64,000 nucleotides of DNA from Adineta vaga. Its lineage: Eukaryota; Animalia; Rotifera. The stretch lies in assembly GCA_021613535.1 (NCBI GenBank), contig CP075494.1:7440001-7504000 (forward strand), written 5' to 3'. The translations under genes and the position numbers were made by a program. A model generated the notes under the pieces. It had not been told where the DNA came from, made no database searches, and worked only from the letters and a program-made list of their open reading frames with translations. This document shows, one piece after another, positions 27,527 through 42,600 of the stretch. Numbering within the stretch: position 1 is the stretch's first letter; the number at the start of each line of letters is the position of its first letter.

Positions 27527-30500
27527 ATGAACGGTGATCTTGATGAAACAAACAATACAGTCAGAAGCCTATCCATAACTACACTTCAAAAACAACAAAT
27601 CAATCGACGTCGAGCGTTTTTTCATGATGATATTATTGTTGACAATAATAAAAATATGTCAACAAATGATGAAAATATTTCAACAAATAATGAAGAAAAT
27701 CCGACGAATAAAGTCTTTAAAAGAAAAGTTGTTTCATTTAGTGCAATGCCATTTGAAAAGAAAGTTGCTGATGGTAAAATTTCATCTTCATCTTCTTCTT
27801 CTTGTTTGATAATAAATGAATGAATTTAGTAAGTGATTGTCTTCGATATATGCAAGAAGGAAGTGATTTACTTAAAATTCGTTCGTATGCTCGACAATTT
27901 CGTCGTCTTTATAAATTAAATGATGTACTTACAGCGATCAATTGGTATCCATCCGCAAAAAAACCATCAAAAGCAATGAGTAAAGAGATTTCTCATTATT
28001 TCAATTCGTTTTCTTAAATTTTTTCTCATATGATTTTAGTTACGATTAATTCAATAAAAGAAGTACGCCTTGGAAAAACAACTGAACGTCTACGTGAACA
28101 TGCTCAACAATATGAAAATGAATCGGTTTTTTCGATTATTTATACCATTGATACAAATGAGTATGCCTCACTCGATCTTGTTGCTAGTAATACTGATGAA
28201 GCAAACATATGGGTGACAGGTTTATCATGTCTCATTGCTGATCATGGTAATCCATTAACATCAGCAGGTAAATAAAGCTTAGATTTAATATGAAACAGAA
28301 TGTATTGTCTTTGAATAGATCTTGAAGATCGTCAACAAATGCGTGATCGATGGTTACATGATGCATTTGCTGTTGGATTATCATCATCATCAGGCCATTC
28401 TGAACAGATCAATTCAGGTGAATATCGAATGTTAACAGGAAAGAATACGATTGAAGAAGATGAAGCTATTCGTTTACTTTGTGATTGTGGCATTTCGGAA
28501 GAGAAAGCAAAAGTTCGATTACAAGTAAATTAATTCATTTTATAATAAAATAGATTATCTTTGATGTTTTGTTTAGGAAATTCAAACGAAAAAACCTGAA
28601 GATGTTCGTAGATTTTTTTCGACAGAAGAACTTGTCGATATTTTCAAAAAGTTATCAACACGACCAGAGATTTATCATCTTCTAGTCAGGTTGTTCAACT
28701 CATATTGAGTTTACTGAAAAAGACAAGAATATACTTCTTTACTTTTAGATATTCTCAGAATCGAGATTTTCTCTCCACACAAGATCTAACATTATTTCTC
28801 GAAGCTGAACAAGGCGTAATTTATTCATTATTAACAAAGAAAATGAAAGATTCGATTTGTTTTTTTCTCTTTCAGATGTCAAAAATTACACGAGATAAAT
28901 GTACACAAATTATACAAGAATTTGAGCCTTCAACAGAAGCTAAACTCTTAGGCCATTTAGGTATCGATGGTAAGTCTCAATTGAGGGTTAATAATATCTT
29001 ACATGTTAATCTTTCGAATTATCAGGTTTTACAAATTATCTTTTATCTGCGGAATGTGATATATTTAATCCAAGTTATAGATCAATTTCACAAGATATGG
29101 ATCATCCATTGAATCATTATTTTATCGCTTCATCATATCATACGTAAGCGTAGAAATAGAAATGTTAATTGATAGAATATTCTATTTATTCGTAGATTTT
29201 TATTGGCTGATCAATTAAAAGGTCCATCGAGTGTTGATGGTTTTATTCATGCATTAATGCGTGGTTGTCGTTGTTTGGATCTTCATTGTTTTGATGGATC
29301 TGATGGTCAACCATTAATACATAATGGGACATTAACATCTCGTATATCTCTAGCAGAAGCATTAGAATGTATAAATAACTATGCATTTGAAACATCAAAG
29401 TAAATGATCTTCTTCTTCTTTTTTTTGATAATAAAATCTTGATATTTTCAGTTATCCATTAATTTTATGTATGGAATTACATTGTTGTATTAGTCAACAG
29501 GAACGGGTTGCTCAATTGTTAGTTGAAATTTTTGGTGAAAAACTTTCTGTTAATCATTTATCGTTATCAAATGATGAAACTCTTCCATCACCCAATGATC
29601 TACGTGGAAAAATAATTATTAAAGTAAAACTAAAAACCAAGAATATTTTTATTTTATTATTCAATTGGATATTTAGAGTAAGAAATTAACGCCTTGTGCG
29701 TTGAAAGAAATCAATCAAGAATATGGAGAAATTACCGACGATGAGGATTGTTATGAAGATAATAAGCGACGATCGAAAAAAGTAAGAATAAAACGAAGAT
29801 GATTGTAATGAGAAGATTATTCCTTTTTTTTTCTTAATAGGAATTAAATCATAATAAAAAATATCGGAAATTATCTCGTGTTTTTTCGGATCTTGTTTGT
29901 TTACTTCGTTCGACATTATTTGAAGATTTTACGAATGCATTTAATGAACGTAAGGAAATGCTTTGGTTGTATTTTTTAATTGATCATTAATCTATTTTAT
30001 TGAATAGAACAATTGGATCAAGTGTGTACATTTAGTGAAAATGCTGGACTTCGTTTAGCCACAACTGATGCCGAAGAATTTATTACTTATAATAAACGAT
30101 TTATCTCCAGGGTTATACCCGGAACATGGCGTGTAGATTCATCCAATCTTAATCCACAAGATTTTTGGAATGTTGGTTGTCAAATGGGTTAGTTACATAG
30201 TAATTTGTCAGAGAAAACAACAATCATTTCCTCAACAATTATGTTCATTTAACCGACGGATAGTTCCGGAGTCATTCTCAGTTCTAAATTTAAAAGAAAA
30301 TCTACGAGCAACTAGTCACGCTCAGGAAAAGTGTGTGTTTACTCACTGATATGTTAAGATAATCTATTAGTTCATTTAGTTTCCATGACAATATCTTTTA
30401 TTATTTAGTGGCAATGAATTATCAAACTGCAGGAAAATTTATGGATATATATATAGGTCGTTTTCTGACTAATGGTGGTTGTGGTTATATTCTAAAACCA

Positions 30501-32165
30501 AGTTATTTACGACCAAATAAAACAACAATAGCTAACAATAGACTAACAAATAATTTCTATTCGTCAAATACACCACAGATACTTCATATCAAGGTATGAT
30601 AATAACTCGACTAGATTACGTGTTGATTTCGTTTTCGGTTTTTTTTGAAAACTAAAAGGTGATTAGTGCTCTTCATCTTCCACGGCCTGAACAAGCGGAA
30701 TTAAAAGCAAATTCAGTCGATCCATATGTTGTGGTACAGATTTTTGGTGTACCAAGAGATTGTGATGAAGCACGAACAAAAACAATTTATCATAATTGTA
30801 AAATTTTCCTTTCGTATCATTGATATTTTTCTCATTATTGAATCGTTTTCTCAGGTGAAAATCCACAATTTAATGATACATTTGAATTTGAAATTGCTTT
30901 TCCTGAATTAGCACTTGTACGATTTGTTGTGCTCGATGATGATTCACTTGATTATGACTTTATTGGACAATATACATTACCATTTGAATGTATTCAACCA
31001 GGTAAAATCTTTTTTTTCTGGTTCAATCGAGTGTTTACTAAGTTTTTTTGTTCTAGGCTATCGACATATTCATCTCTATAATATTGGTGGAGATCTCATC
31101 TCGAATGCCTATCTATTTGTTCATATCGTTATTAATAGTAAATCATTGGCTGTTGTATGTTTCCCATAAGCTTTGTATTGATAATTGATTTACATAGTTT
31201 TTCTATTGATTCTTTCCATAGAAACCTCGACGAACATTATCACGATATCGTCATTCTATCACGCGTCGTAAACTACGTATTGCATCATTTCGACCAGTAT
31301 ATTATAAACAAATCGATGATCTTTTTAAAGTACGTGAGAAAGCTCATGATCTTGTCAATTTCTTATTCATTGCATCATATACATTTAGTCTGTTATACAA
31401 CCATTGGAAACTGCTTTTGAATATCGTCATGGTGTTGAACAGAGTCTTAGTGAATTAAATGAACGATGTGGTTTACCAGGCATCTCCAATGTCAAACAAT
31501 GTGTAAGAAAAATTGCTAGTCGATTACAAAAGGGTAATCTTAATGGTGCTGTTGTTATTCGAAATCAATCGAACGTAAGTTTATTGGTATGTCATGACGA
31601 CCGAATTCTTAATTATCATATTTATAAAGGTTCCAATCTTTGAATATTCAACGACATTACCAGAATTATCTCGCCAGAGTATCATTGCTTTAGAAGAAGT
31701 AAGTAATAGTGATAGAAATGAAATTTTTGATAAGAGAATAAAATATTTCTATATAGGTTACGAATCGTTGTCGAGCTTTAGTAGAAAATGGTAATTCAAT
31801 GTATCAGAAAGTAAAAGATAATGGTTTAATATTTATCAATGATTAAATAACAATTTTGTTTTCATAGTTATGCAATGTTCGCACGGAAATATCTGAGTTA
31901 AGCCAAGACATTCCTAAATTACTTGAAACAAATGGTTTACGTGGAAAAAAATTTACCAAAGCAATCGATAATTTCTCATATAATCTTGCACTTTTACATG
32001 GTCAAACAGATTTATTGAACAAAGCAAAACATGATGCTAGTATTACTATTCAACAGGTATTTAAAAACTATTTATTATTAGTTCTAAACAAAACTTTCAT
32101 ATTTATTTACAAAGATTTTTGAAGCTGCTGAAACAACGCACTTACTCATCCCATCAACTTCATGA
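27527..32165 (+). CDS. Inactive phospholipase C-like protein (PLCL1/2, PRIP): PH, EF-hand, X/Y, C2 domains
   Basis: [30 protein letters not shown] and [11 protein letters not shown] resemble PLCL N-termini. X box [18 protein letters not shown]...[13 protein letters not shown] box [27 protein letters not shown]2 tail [19 protein letters not shown]. Stop at 32163-32165. Confidence 0.92.
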
Positions 32166-33659
32166 CGAAAGAAGAAAAAATAACTACATCTTTGGTATTC
32201 CGTATGTCCCTGTTTGAGATAAATGCTTTTTTTCCTGTTAATGTGTTTTTTTATCTATGCCTAGATGCATATATATATTTTTTGATATACTTCATTCAAT
32301 GATCTAATAAATAATGGTTACGTCAACGATTGTAATGTTTGTTTTTTTCCATCAAGACATGCTTAAGGATGAAGATATTCTTGTTGAATTTCATTTCAAC
32401 TATGACTTGTCAAAACCGATGTTTGACTTGGTCAAAATGATGGATTATCCAACTGCTAATTGACTATTAATGGATCGATCAGTTATCTTACTACATGACT
32501 GAAACAATCAAAACAATCTTTTTGTTTGACTGTCGAAACCTTGCAAGAAGTTCTATGTTCTATTGACTGAAACCTTTCTTGTCTTTGAGAATGACAATAT
32601 TATATTAGATTAAATGTTCGACAAGAGAGACATTGAAATGATACACATGAGACAAGAAGAATTTGTCGCTTGTCTTCTTTTGCTAAATGACAGGCAGAGA
32701 TTGCAACAAGACGTCGATATTAGTGTCGACTGATGGAGTGATATTATTGCTCTCCTTGGTATTTACTTTCCGCACTAGTTTTAACAAACTATCACAGTAT
32801 AATGGAATCGTCGTAAGATATAAAAGTTTGTGTTTCTCTAGAAGAAATTGATGATTATAATAATTTAATTTGTGTGTTAAATCATTTTTTTTTGTCAATC
32901 CTGAATATACTTGAATTAATGCATACAAGTGCAAAGAAAAACAATCATATCTACCTACTTATCTACTTCTGATATTATTATCCTTGATGAAATGTTGACA
33001 ATTGATATACCAACATCATTAGGAGTACACCATTGATCCAATCATTGCACTCTCGAAATGCACATCTTGGTTCAATAGTTATGTTCTAATGTATAAACAT
33101 TACATGTTATTCAAGAAGTTGATAATACAGAAAGCATATGAGGGCGATATAGATATATCAGTTGACACTTGATAATGTATGACAAAAAAGTAAATCGTAA
33201 TGTTTTCCTATGATAAAGTTCTATGAATAACCGGTTTATGTGTCAAATTTAATCAACAACAATATGACAAATAAGAATGAGAGGCAAGGGAAACAAGAGA
33301 AAGAAACATGTATTAACTGGATTTTTTCTATCGATATCGTCTTCGAGCAAGTATGAGAAGAAAAAGAAGATGCAGAAGAAGAAGAAGGAGATAGAATACG
33401 CCCAATAGTTGTCTACATTGCTAACGCCTTCGTTTTTTTGTGTATATGGAAGGTCGAGTACTGTACGGTATTGTCTTCCTCATTCTCTTTTCTTGTCGTA
33501 GAAGATTTCCTTGAGACATGGTGATGGATAGGCGACTTGTTAGTTTCTACGACAAATAATTTGCTTATTTGTATCAGTCTCCCTTTCTAAATAGACGAAA
33601 ACGATAGAAGGTAAAAAAAGATTTTAAATTGATATTTATTTCTCTTCCTAGATATCATT

Positions 33660-36600
33660 ATGTCCCTTGCATACGAGCCACGCTTTACTGAACCACTAAA
33701 AGCTTCATATATTGTACGGGAAGGGCAACCAGTAAAACTCTCCTGTCGTTTTGATGCATCACCGAAAGGTACCATAACATGGCTAAAAGATGGCACTGCA
33801 ATTGATTTCGAAGAACTTGGCATTTCTCGAGATTTTACGGTTAGTTCTTAATCTACGATTATACAATAGTTATTCTTTGACTTTTGTCAATCATAGGTTG
33901 TCAAAGAAGTCGATTATACAGCATTATTAATCAAAGAAGCATTTCCAGAAGACACTGGTTCATATATAGTTGTAATTCGCAATGCAGTAGGAGAAGCTCA
34001 TTCATTTACACAATTAAGTGTGGAAGACTTTTTTTGTCGAACACCGTAAATATATGTTGCTCTTTACTAGATCATTTCATTTTGTTTTTATTTTTAAAGA
34101 GAATCAGAATTATCTGATACACCAAGTAAACCTGTTTTTGTTCAATCTCTGCGTGATATAACTATCAATCAAGGACAAAAATTAAAATTACATGCAGCAG
34201 TCAATGCTCATCCAGAACCGGAAGTAGGAAATACTTTATTTATTTTCGGAAAAAAAAGAAGAAAATTTCTTCCTATTTCTTAAGATTATTTGGTATCGAA
34301 ATGATATTCCATTGAAAAATTCACGTGATCTAACAATGACATTCGATGGACAATTGTGTACATTAATGAGAGATCGATGTGAAAAGGAAAATGATACAGG
34401 AATCTATCGTATAACAGCAGTTAATTCAATGGGTCAAGCTGAATGTACTTGTCAAGTTATTGTTCAATCAAATGATACACAATTAACACGTGGACATCTT
34501 CAATCGAATCGTTCACAACCAATTGCTAGTACTACTAGTCAATTAATACAAGAGAAAATAGTACAAGAAGGAGAAAAACTTCTTTCAGAATCACTTATTG
34601 AAGAACAACCTATACCACAAAATACTTGGATTAAAGAGTCAAAATCAGTATCGAATACATATGAACAACAAGTATATTTTTCGATAAAGAAATTTAGTAG
34701 TAATTAAATGTGATCTTTTCTTTTCTTGTTCCTCTCATTCTGATAGATTCAAACTAGCAATGGTACTGATACATTGGAAGTACCAAGAATATCTCGTAGT
34801 AGAGCTGGTTTTCATCAAGCTAGAACTATGAAATTTGGCAATGAAATAAAACCTTCACCAATAATGAATATCTTACCAACTATGCCTGCACCTGAACCAA
34901 TGATAACTACTCCAACTGGTTTTCCACCTGAATTTCGACAATTATTTCATGATAAAAATGCACCTCTTGGTTCAACAATAAAATTCGAAGCTCGAGTGAT
35001 TGGTACACAACCATTAAATGTAAATTCTGTCTTTTTATAATCATGTAAACTATTATCTAATCTAATTATTTTCAAGGTTTATTGGTTATTTAATGGTTCG
35101 CCAATAACTCATCTAGGTCACAATCAACACTATCAACAACAAATCTTTAATGATACTTATATATTAACTATATCTAATATTCGATATGATGATATTGGTA
35201 AATATACATTACATGTCGAAAATTCATGGGGTAAAGCAACATGTACTGCTGAATTACTTGTTCCACCACCTACCGTTATAAGATACGGTAAGAAAATCTT
35301 AAATGAAATTTATCACTCTATAATTTCTTTTAACCAAATGCACTTTACTCTACCTCATGCACGCATATGCTTATTTTCTTAGACAGTATTCATTTATTTT
35401 TATTTAGAGTACATCGTCGTTTTCTTTGATGCTTCTGTGTATATAGATATACATATATGTCTGCATCTATCTCGTAGTTGAAATGGTTTGCTTGTCTTGT
35501 CTATTCTTATGCATTTGCTTTGTGAATGTTCTTTTACCATGAATAAAAAAAAGGATACAAGAAAGATAAGTATGTCGTTGTGGTTAGAATTGTCTTTCGT
35601 TAGTTGATTAACAATACGTTAAGACTTCTAATAGAGAACCCTAGAGAAAAATAAAAAGCAACAAATCTCGCTTGCCATCGCTTTCTTTGTGTTCTTCATC
35701 TCACAAACAAATGTTGTTTGTCCGCCTCCAACTGACAATACTTGGCCACGATCTTCTTTCTTTCTCTCTCGGTTTTTTTTTCGTCTCTAACAGCGACGAA
35801 GAGAAAAGATGACGATAACAACAACTCATTTTCTCCATATCCATCTTACTCGTCATATGTGTTAAGATATAGACTTGTTTGTATAAACGACCTAACGCAG
35901 AAGACGAACGATGAATGGAAGAAAATAAGAAGATAAAACAGAAAGAAGTTAGTCGATATCCATCTATCCATCCGTCTTCAAGCCATTGATTCTTTGTACA
36001 GAAGAGAGAAGAAAAAGAACACGTATGTGCCCATACATAACGTTTCGCGGAAAATGATTGATTCTGGAAAATAACATAACAGATATAGGAAGCAAACGGC
36101 AGAAAAGGAAATACATTCTTGTTGGAACGAAGAAAAAAAGCATATAGAGAAGAAGAAGAAGAAGAAGAAGAAGGAAAAAAGAAAATATCCGTGTTTGTAA
36201 AATATCATCTCAGTCGTTTGTGGTTCTCTGCTTTCATGAGAAGTAGTGATCATCTTCTCCTGTAGCCAATATGCATCGAGGATCTTCTTCACCTGTTCGT
36301 ACGAGAATAATTAAACGTCGAAGTGCAAGTAGTGGAAATGATGAAAATAATCGAGGTAGGCTTTCTAACAATAGGAAATATATCATCATCATAATTATCA
36401 AGAATGTCATTTATATTGTCTTTTCGACTCGCTTTTCTTTCTTTTTTTTGTTTCTTGTTATATCTTTGTGTTGGTGGTAGTGGCCATTCAAATACAAATA
36501 CTAAATTTGTTTGTTCCTATAAATATCCTCAAGCACATATATATATATATATATATAAACGTATGTCTGTATCTTGTACGGTTCGTTCGTCTAGTTTGTC

Positions 36601-39600
36601 GCTTGATGCTCGCTTTTCAGCACTAAACGACGATGTACTCTCTTGTAAATGGATTTTCAACGAAACAGAAAAATATGATCCAGAATGTTTACATACCAAC
36701 GAAATCAATGAATACTGTTTATATTAAACGAATGAATATCTATCTCTATCGTAATTTCAAGCGTAAATAACAATAAATAATTTGTTTTGTATATATCTTC
36801 ATCCAAAAGGCACCAACAAGAGCATGTTATCTAATTTGCTCGTTGAAATGTCACCATCTCCGCCTATATCACGTAAAAGACAAATTGAAACTAATCAACA
36901 ACAACAACAGCAATCATCCTTGATTACTCAATCAGTTGGTCAACAGTCATCATTTATTTCCTCAACTAGAAATGATAATAAACGTCATCGTCCATCTCAA
37001 AGTCACTCATTAACACGTTCAGATGATTATCGTCGTGTACGACAATATCCGAAAACATTGGAAATTTTTATTCCTTTCGATACAAATGATAAACAAAATA
37101 CAACGACAACAAAAATATATGAATATGAAATCGAGAAAAAACGACGATCATCTTCTGAAAATCTATTCAAGCAACGTCAACGAGAGAATTTTCAAGTAGA
37201 ACAAGAATATTTACGTTGTTTAGATGATCTTACAGATGAGTATGAGAAATTAAAACGTCGTAGAAAATCTGTTGATAATCGAAAGAAATCAACAAATTAT
37301 GAAACAACGGAACAACATGAAACGATTGAACGAACCTATCAATATAATCAACCAACAACTCATCAAAGTAAATATGAAAATACTTATCAACGTTCTGCTT
37401 CGGAGAATATTCTTCATAAACGTTTTCAACCAATGATCGTATCAGATTTAACATTAAGTCAAGATAATTTTTCGAAAATTGATTATAATCTTTCTCATAA
37501 AGAACGTTCAAGACCAATTCATATTCATACATCAACAGGCTCTATACCTGGAGAAACAAGTATTAAATATGTACGTACAGAACCTTTACCTGTCGAAGTA
37601 CTTGTACCAAAACCACAAATAACATCAACATATGGAGAACATTCATCAACTGTTCAGCAAAATGTTCGACAAGCCACACGAAAAATTACTACAAATATTC
37701 ATCGACAACCACGACGACGAACAATTGAAGGTCAACATGAATTACGTGTTATTGAACAACCTATTACATCAGGTCAAACACTTCCTGTCGAATTTACAAT
37801 TCCCAAACCAATTGAAACATTACCTGTAGAACATTCATCAACATTCGTCGTCAAGTCAAGAAAAGGTGGTCGATTTCATACAGTCGATATTAGTCAAACA
37901 TTGGGACGTGAACGTCGATTATCAGGTGAACATGAACTTCGTATTATATCCGAACCAATACGATCCAGTTCACATAATAGACCAGTTGAAATATTATTTC
38001 CTAAGCCAACATTAACTTCACAAACAAGTCAACATTCATCAACAATAGTCAGACAAAATCGAATACCAAAGTCAAGTCTCGTACTTGATAATATTCAAAC
38101 GATATTAAAAGGTGAACATGAATTACGTTTAGTCGATCGACCAATTCAATCTGGTCCAGGTAATAGTGTCGAATTAATAGTTCCAAAAAGTGTGACTGAT
38201 ACTGTAGAACATACATCGACAGTCATTACTAAAACACATCCACAGCGACGTGTTCTAGAAATAACGGGTAGTGGAAGAAAAGTTGAAAATGAACATGAAA
38301 CAAAATATTTTCATGATACAGTTCGAGTTGAAGAAGAAGTCGAAATTAAATTACCTAAATCAAAATATGAACAAGTTGAACATTCATCAACAATTGTTAA
38401 ACAAAGTCGAGGTAAAGGACCTATTATAGAAATTGATACAACACAAAAACGAATCGAAGGTGAACATGATCTAAGAATTATTGAAGAATCAATTGAAACA
38501 AAAGCTGATACAATGCAATTATTAATACCAAAACCAAAATTATCATCAGAACATAGTACAACAGTTGTCAAAGGACAACGTGGAAAAACACAAACGTTTA
38601 CGATCGATCGTAGACAAACAATGTCTGGTAAATAAAAAGAATAATAACTTTCACATCGATAATTTGATTTTAATTAGGCGAACATGTAACAAAATATTAT
38701 GATCAACCTGTTGAAACCTATAATCAAATGGAAGTCGTATTTCCTAAACCACAAACCATATCAAATACACTAGAAGAACATACAACAACATACTTAAGAC
38801 AAGCACGACCTAAATACGAACCAGTTGAATTAGTTGTTGATCGACCGAAAGTTTTGCCTAGTATTTCAAAAGTTATTGCTGATATTCCAGCTACATCACA
38901 AATTACATCCATAAAACCAACAAAATATACTGTAACAGAAGAGAGTTCAACAAAATTCGATCGAAATATAACGCAAAGAAATTTTCATGAAGAACATAAT
39001 GAAATGGAACTTGATTTTGAAAATCCATTAGTACGTGATAGTTCTACTACATTACTAGCAAAGATACAACCAGGTTTGGAATTGAAATCAATTCAACCAA
39101 CAAATCAGCAAGTCAGAAAAACGAAAATTGAAGAAAGTACTTCAACATATACTATGGAACGTGAACAATATCCTAATGAAGAAATACTTGAACTTTGTTT
39201 ACGAAAACCTTACATCGAAGATAGTTCAACTGTTCTTTTAGCTAATATTCAACCTGAATTAGGTATTCAGGGACAATTAAAACCAAGTCCATATATTCCT
39301 CAATCTTTCGAAGAATCGAATTCCATGATATTAATGGATTTCAATAGTGCTCAACAAACAACACCATTTGAATTGATCATTCCACGCTTTGATGTTGAAT
39401 CATCAACAAGTACGGTTCTTGCTCATGTATCACCAGCTCCTGCTGGTTCACGTACTAAAATTGACGTATCAAATTTGGAAAAATCTACTTCAAGTGTTTT
39501 ATTTGAACAAATAACACGTTCCGATAGAGAAGTGGAAATGATCATGCCTAAACCTAAATATATCGATAGAACTACATCAACAATGATTGCTGATGTGCAT

Positions 39601-42600
39601 GGAAAATATGAAACCAAACATATACGTCCAAGCGAATTTCAACCAGAAATGTCAACATCATCAATTTTATTTGATCAAACGACACAAAATGTTTTTCCAC
39701 AACCAGTAGAATTACGTTTAAGACAACCTACCATAACTGATAGTTCTACAACATTATTTGCTAATGTTAAACCAACGTTAGATACTCAACGAACTCAAAT
39801 TCTAGGTTATTCGAATCAACCATCAGATGTTGAACAGATCTTTCCTCGTCCACTTATACAAGAGAGTACATCCGTTATGTCAGCGAATGTTCATCCGACA
39901 TTTGATACATCTCAAACCCATGTCGTTCGATCATCATCATCATCCTTTCAATCCCCTATAAAATCGAGTAGTCAAATGATTATAGAACATGATAAACTAG
40001 GCGAAACAACAGTAGATTCCTATTTAAATCGTCAATCGAGTTCACATACCGTTGTGACGGAATCAACTGATACATATAGAGAAAACAATGAAATGTCTGT
40101 TTTAGGTACAAGTCATCAACAAATACAACCATATGGTTCACCAGCAATATATGCTGATCTGAATAAACCATTAGAATTAGTTTTTAATGTTGATGAAGGT
40201 TCAACATCAACAATGTCTCAACAATATCGACGAGGTCATAATTCAAGAATATTAGAAAATACATCTTTTGGAAGAGACAATAACGGAACAACAATTACGG
40301 GTAACTCATTTATAATAGTTAACAGGAATCAAAAGTTAGAATATTTTATTAAAAAAAATTATTTTAGAAACCATCACTCGTCAATATCAACCAGTTGAGT
40401 TTCGTGTATCAGGTGGTTTACCTGGTTATAATAATACCATAATTGAACAATATTCAACTGGTGGTAGTGATAATCCTAGTGGTTATACAACAACAAAGAC
40501 AACAACAACACGATCAATCACTTCATCAGGTGCTCCTGGTGGATACAATGAAACAACTAGTAGATCACCTATTCGTGGTATAAAACCGTTTGATCAAGTA
40601 GATTTAGTTTTACAACCTGATACTTCATTAACATCGACATCATCGAGATTGCGAACAACGAGCAGTGGTTATGAGCAAGGTTATACTCCATATTTCACGG
40701 TTTCTTTGAATGATCAAACAGTTCGAGAAGGTGAATCAGTTCTTCTTGAAATTAAAGTTTCTGGTAAATAGAAATGAAAAAGCATTTTTTTTATTCATAT
40801 TTTCTTCCTTTGATTGTATTCAAGCTCAACCAACACCAGAAATCATTTGGGATAAAGATGGTCAATTGATTGGCGATGATTCAGCATTTCGTTTAGATTA
40901 TTATGGTGATGGACGTGCTACGCTCTATATTCCAGAAGCATTTGCAGAAGATCAAGGTTTATATACATGTACAGTAACCAATAGTTATGGTACTTGTCGT
41001 ACAACAGCACGTATTACAATTGATTGTAAGTAGCATAGAAGGAAATTTTTCATTGATCTAAGAAAAGAAATAATAATCCTGATGATTTTAATTTAGCAAA
41101 TGGAGGAGCACCATCACCAAAACGACGTCAATTGGATAGTTCAACCAATGTTTATTATCGTCAAGGGCCAACACAAACAATTGAATCCTATCGAGTTTAT
41201 TCAAAACCATCGTCAACAATAACACAAGTAACTGAAGAAACACAAGTTTATGAAGTACCGTCGCATCGTCAACAGCAACAAAATGAAATTACTTATTCTG
41301 TTCAAGGAACACAACAAAAATTTCAACCAATTTCATTTCTTGTTTCATCTAATCAAGAAACAACACAACCAAATATCACCACAAAATATACCACAGAGGA
41401 AGATACTGAAACAATCTATGCAAGTCCATATCAAACATACAATTCACAATATCGTACGCAATCGAATCGTCCTGCTGGTCTAGTAGCAACTGTCGCTAAA
41501 CAAGCAGGTCCAACTATTTCTCACGATTATGACACTATGGCAACAGACACAGAAACATCAACTACATATTTCAATCGTTCACCACAGCAACATCAAGAAA
41601 CGTCAACTTCATATATATCTAGTCGACCTAATTTTACGAAGGTATACAAATAAATTTCAAATAGTATTTCTATATTCATTTATTTTTCTAATATTCATTT
41701 AGCCATTGGAACCGATTGATGCCTTGGAAGGCGGAACTGTACAAATTACAGTTCATTTATCATCTGTTGGTCCTCAACAAAATCGACCAGAAATTCAATG
41801 GTATCATCATGCTCAACCAATTGTACCGGACAATCAACATTATCGCATTACCGAAGGATACGATACTGCAACATTAGAAATTATCAATGTGAAAAAACAT
41901 GATACTGGTCAAGTATGGTGTGTAGCAAATACTCCAGCTGGATCAGCAACTACAACATGTACTCTCACAGTTGAAGGTATGTTCGAAACAAGAGTGCGTG
42001 ACTTTAAATTGGGATATATTTCTGGAAACACTAAATCTAATATTAGAAATAATTTCGCAAACGATCATTTCTTTTCTTTCTAATCAATAGAACGACCTGT
42101 TCGTACACATCATCAAATCAGATCAACTCAACAATATACTGTACCACAAGAAACAGTTTATGAAACACAATCAATTCATTCAACTCATGCAGAAATACCT
42201 CTTCATCATCAACAACCAGATCAACGAACATTATCTCAATATTATATTAATCAAACGAATAATCAACAACAATATTCACCACAATCAGTTACTTCACAAT
42301 CATACAATACTGTTTCTTATCAACAACAACAGCAACCACATCAGGCACCATTTCAATCCTATGTTCCACAGCCACAATCACCTCTTCAATCACAACCATC
42401 GATTCCTCAACAACAGCAACAACCGCAAACAACATCTCAATCATTTATTCCTCCAGCTCCACCAATGCTACCAAATTTTAATCTTCAATCAAATTATTCG
42501 GATAAACAAATTAAAGTTATTAACAATGGTTTACAAGATCAACCATTATATACAAATAATGAAACAATTTTCGAATGTCAATTTACTGGACAACCAGAAA

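Noticed and set aside
30188-30407. Longer, slightly GC-richer PLCL intron as a possible snoRNA or insertion
   Set aside because: No convincing C/D box pair, terminal repeat or hairpin seen by eye.
21076-32165. Functional G-protein signalling cluster (RGS anchor next to PLC-like gene)
   Set aside because: The genes are separated by an unrelated DRAM gene and kilobases of intergenic DNA. Adjacency alone is not evidence without conserved synteny.
32200-33600. ORF 32683-32934 and weak hairpins between PLCL and the titin-like gene
   Set aside because: No recognisable protein similarity or spliceable chain. Hairpins are short and expected by chance in AT-rich DNA.
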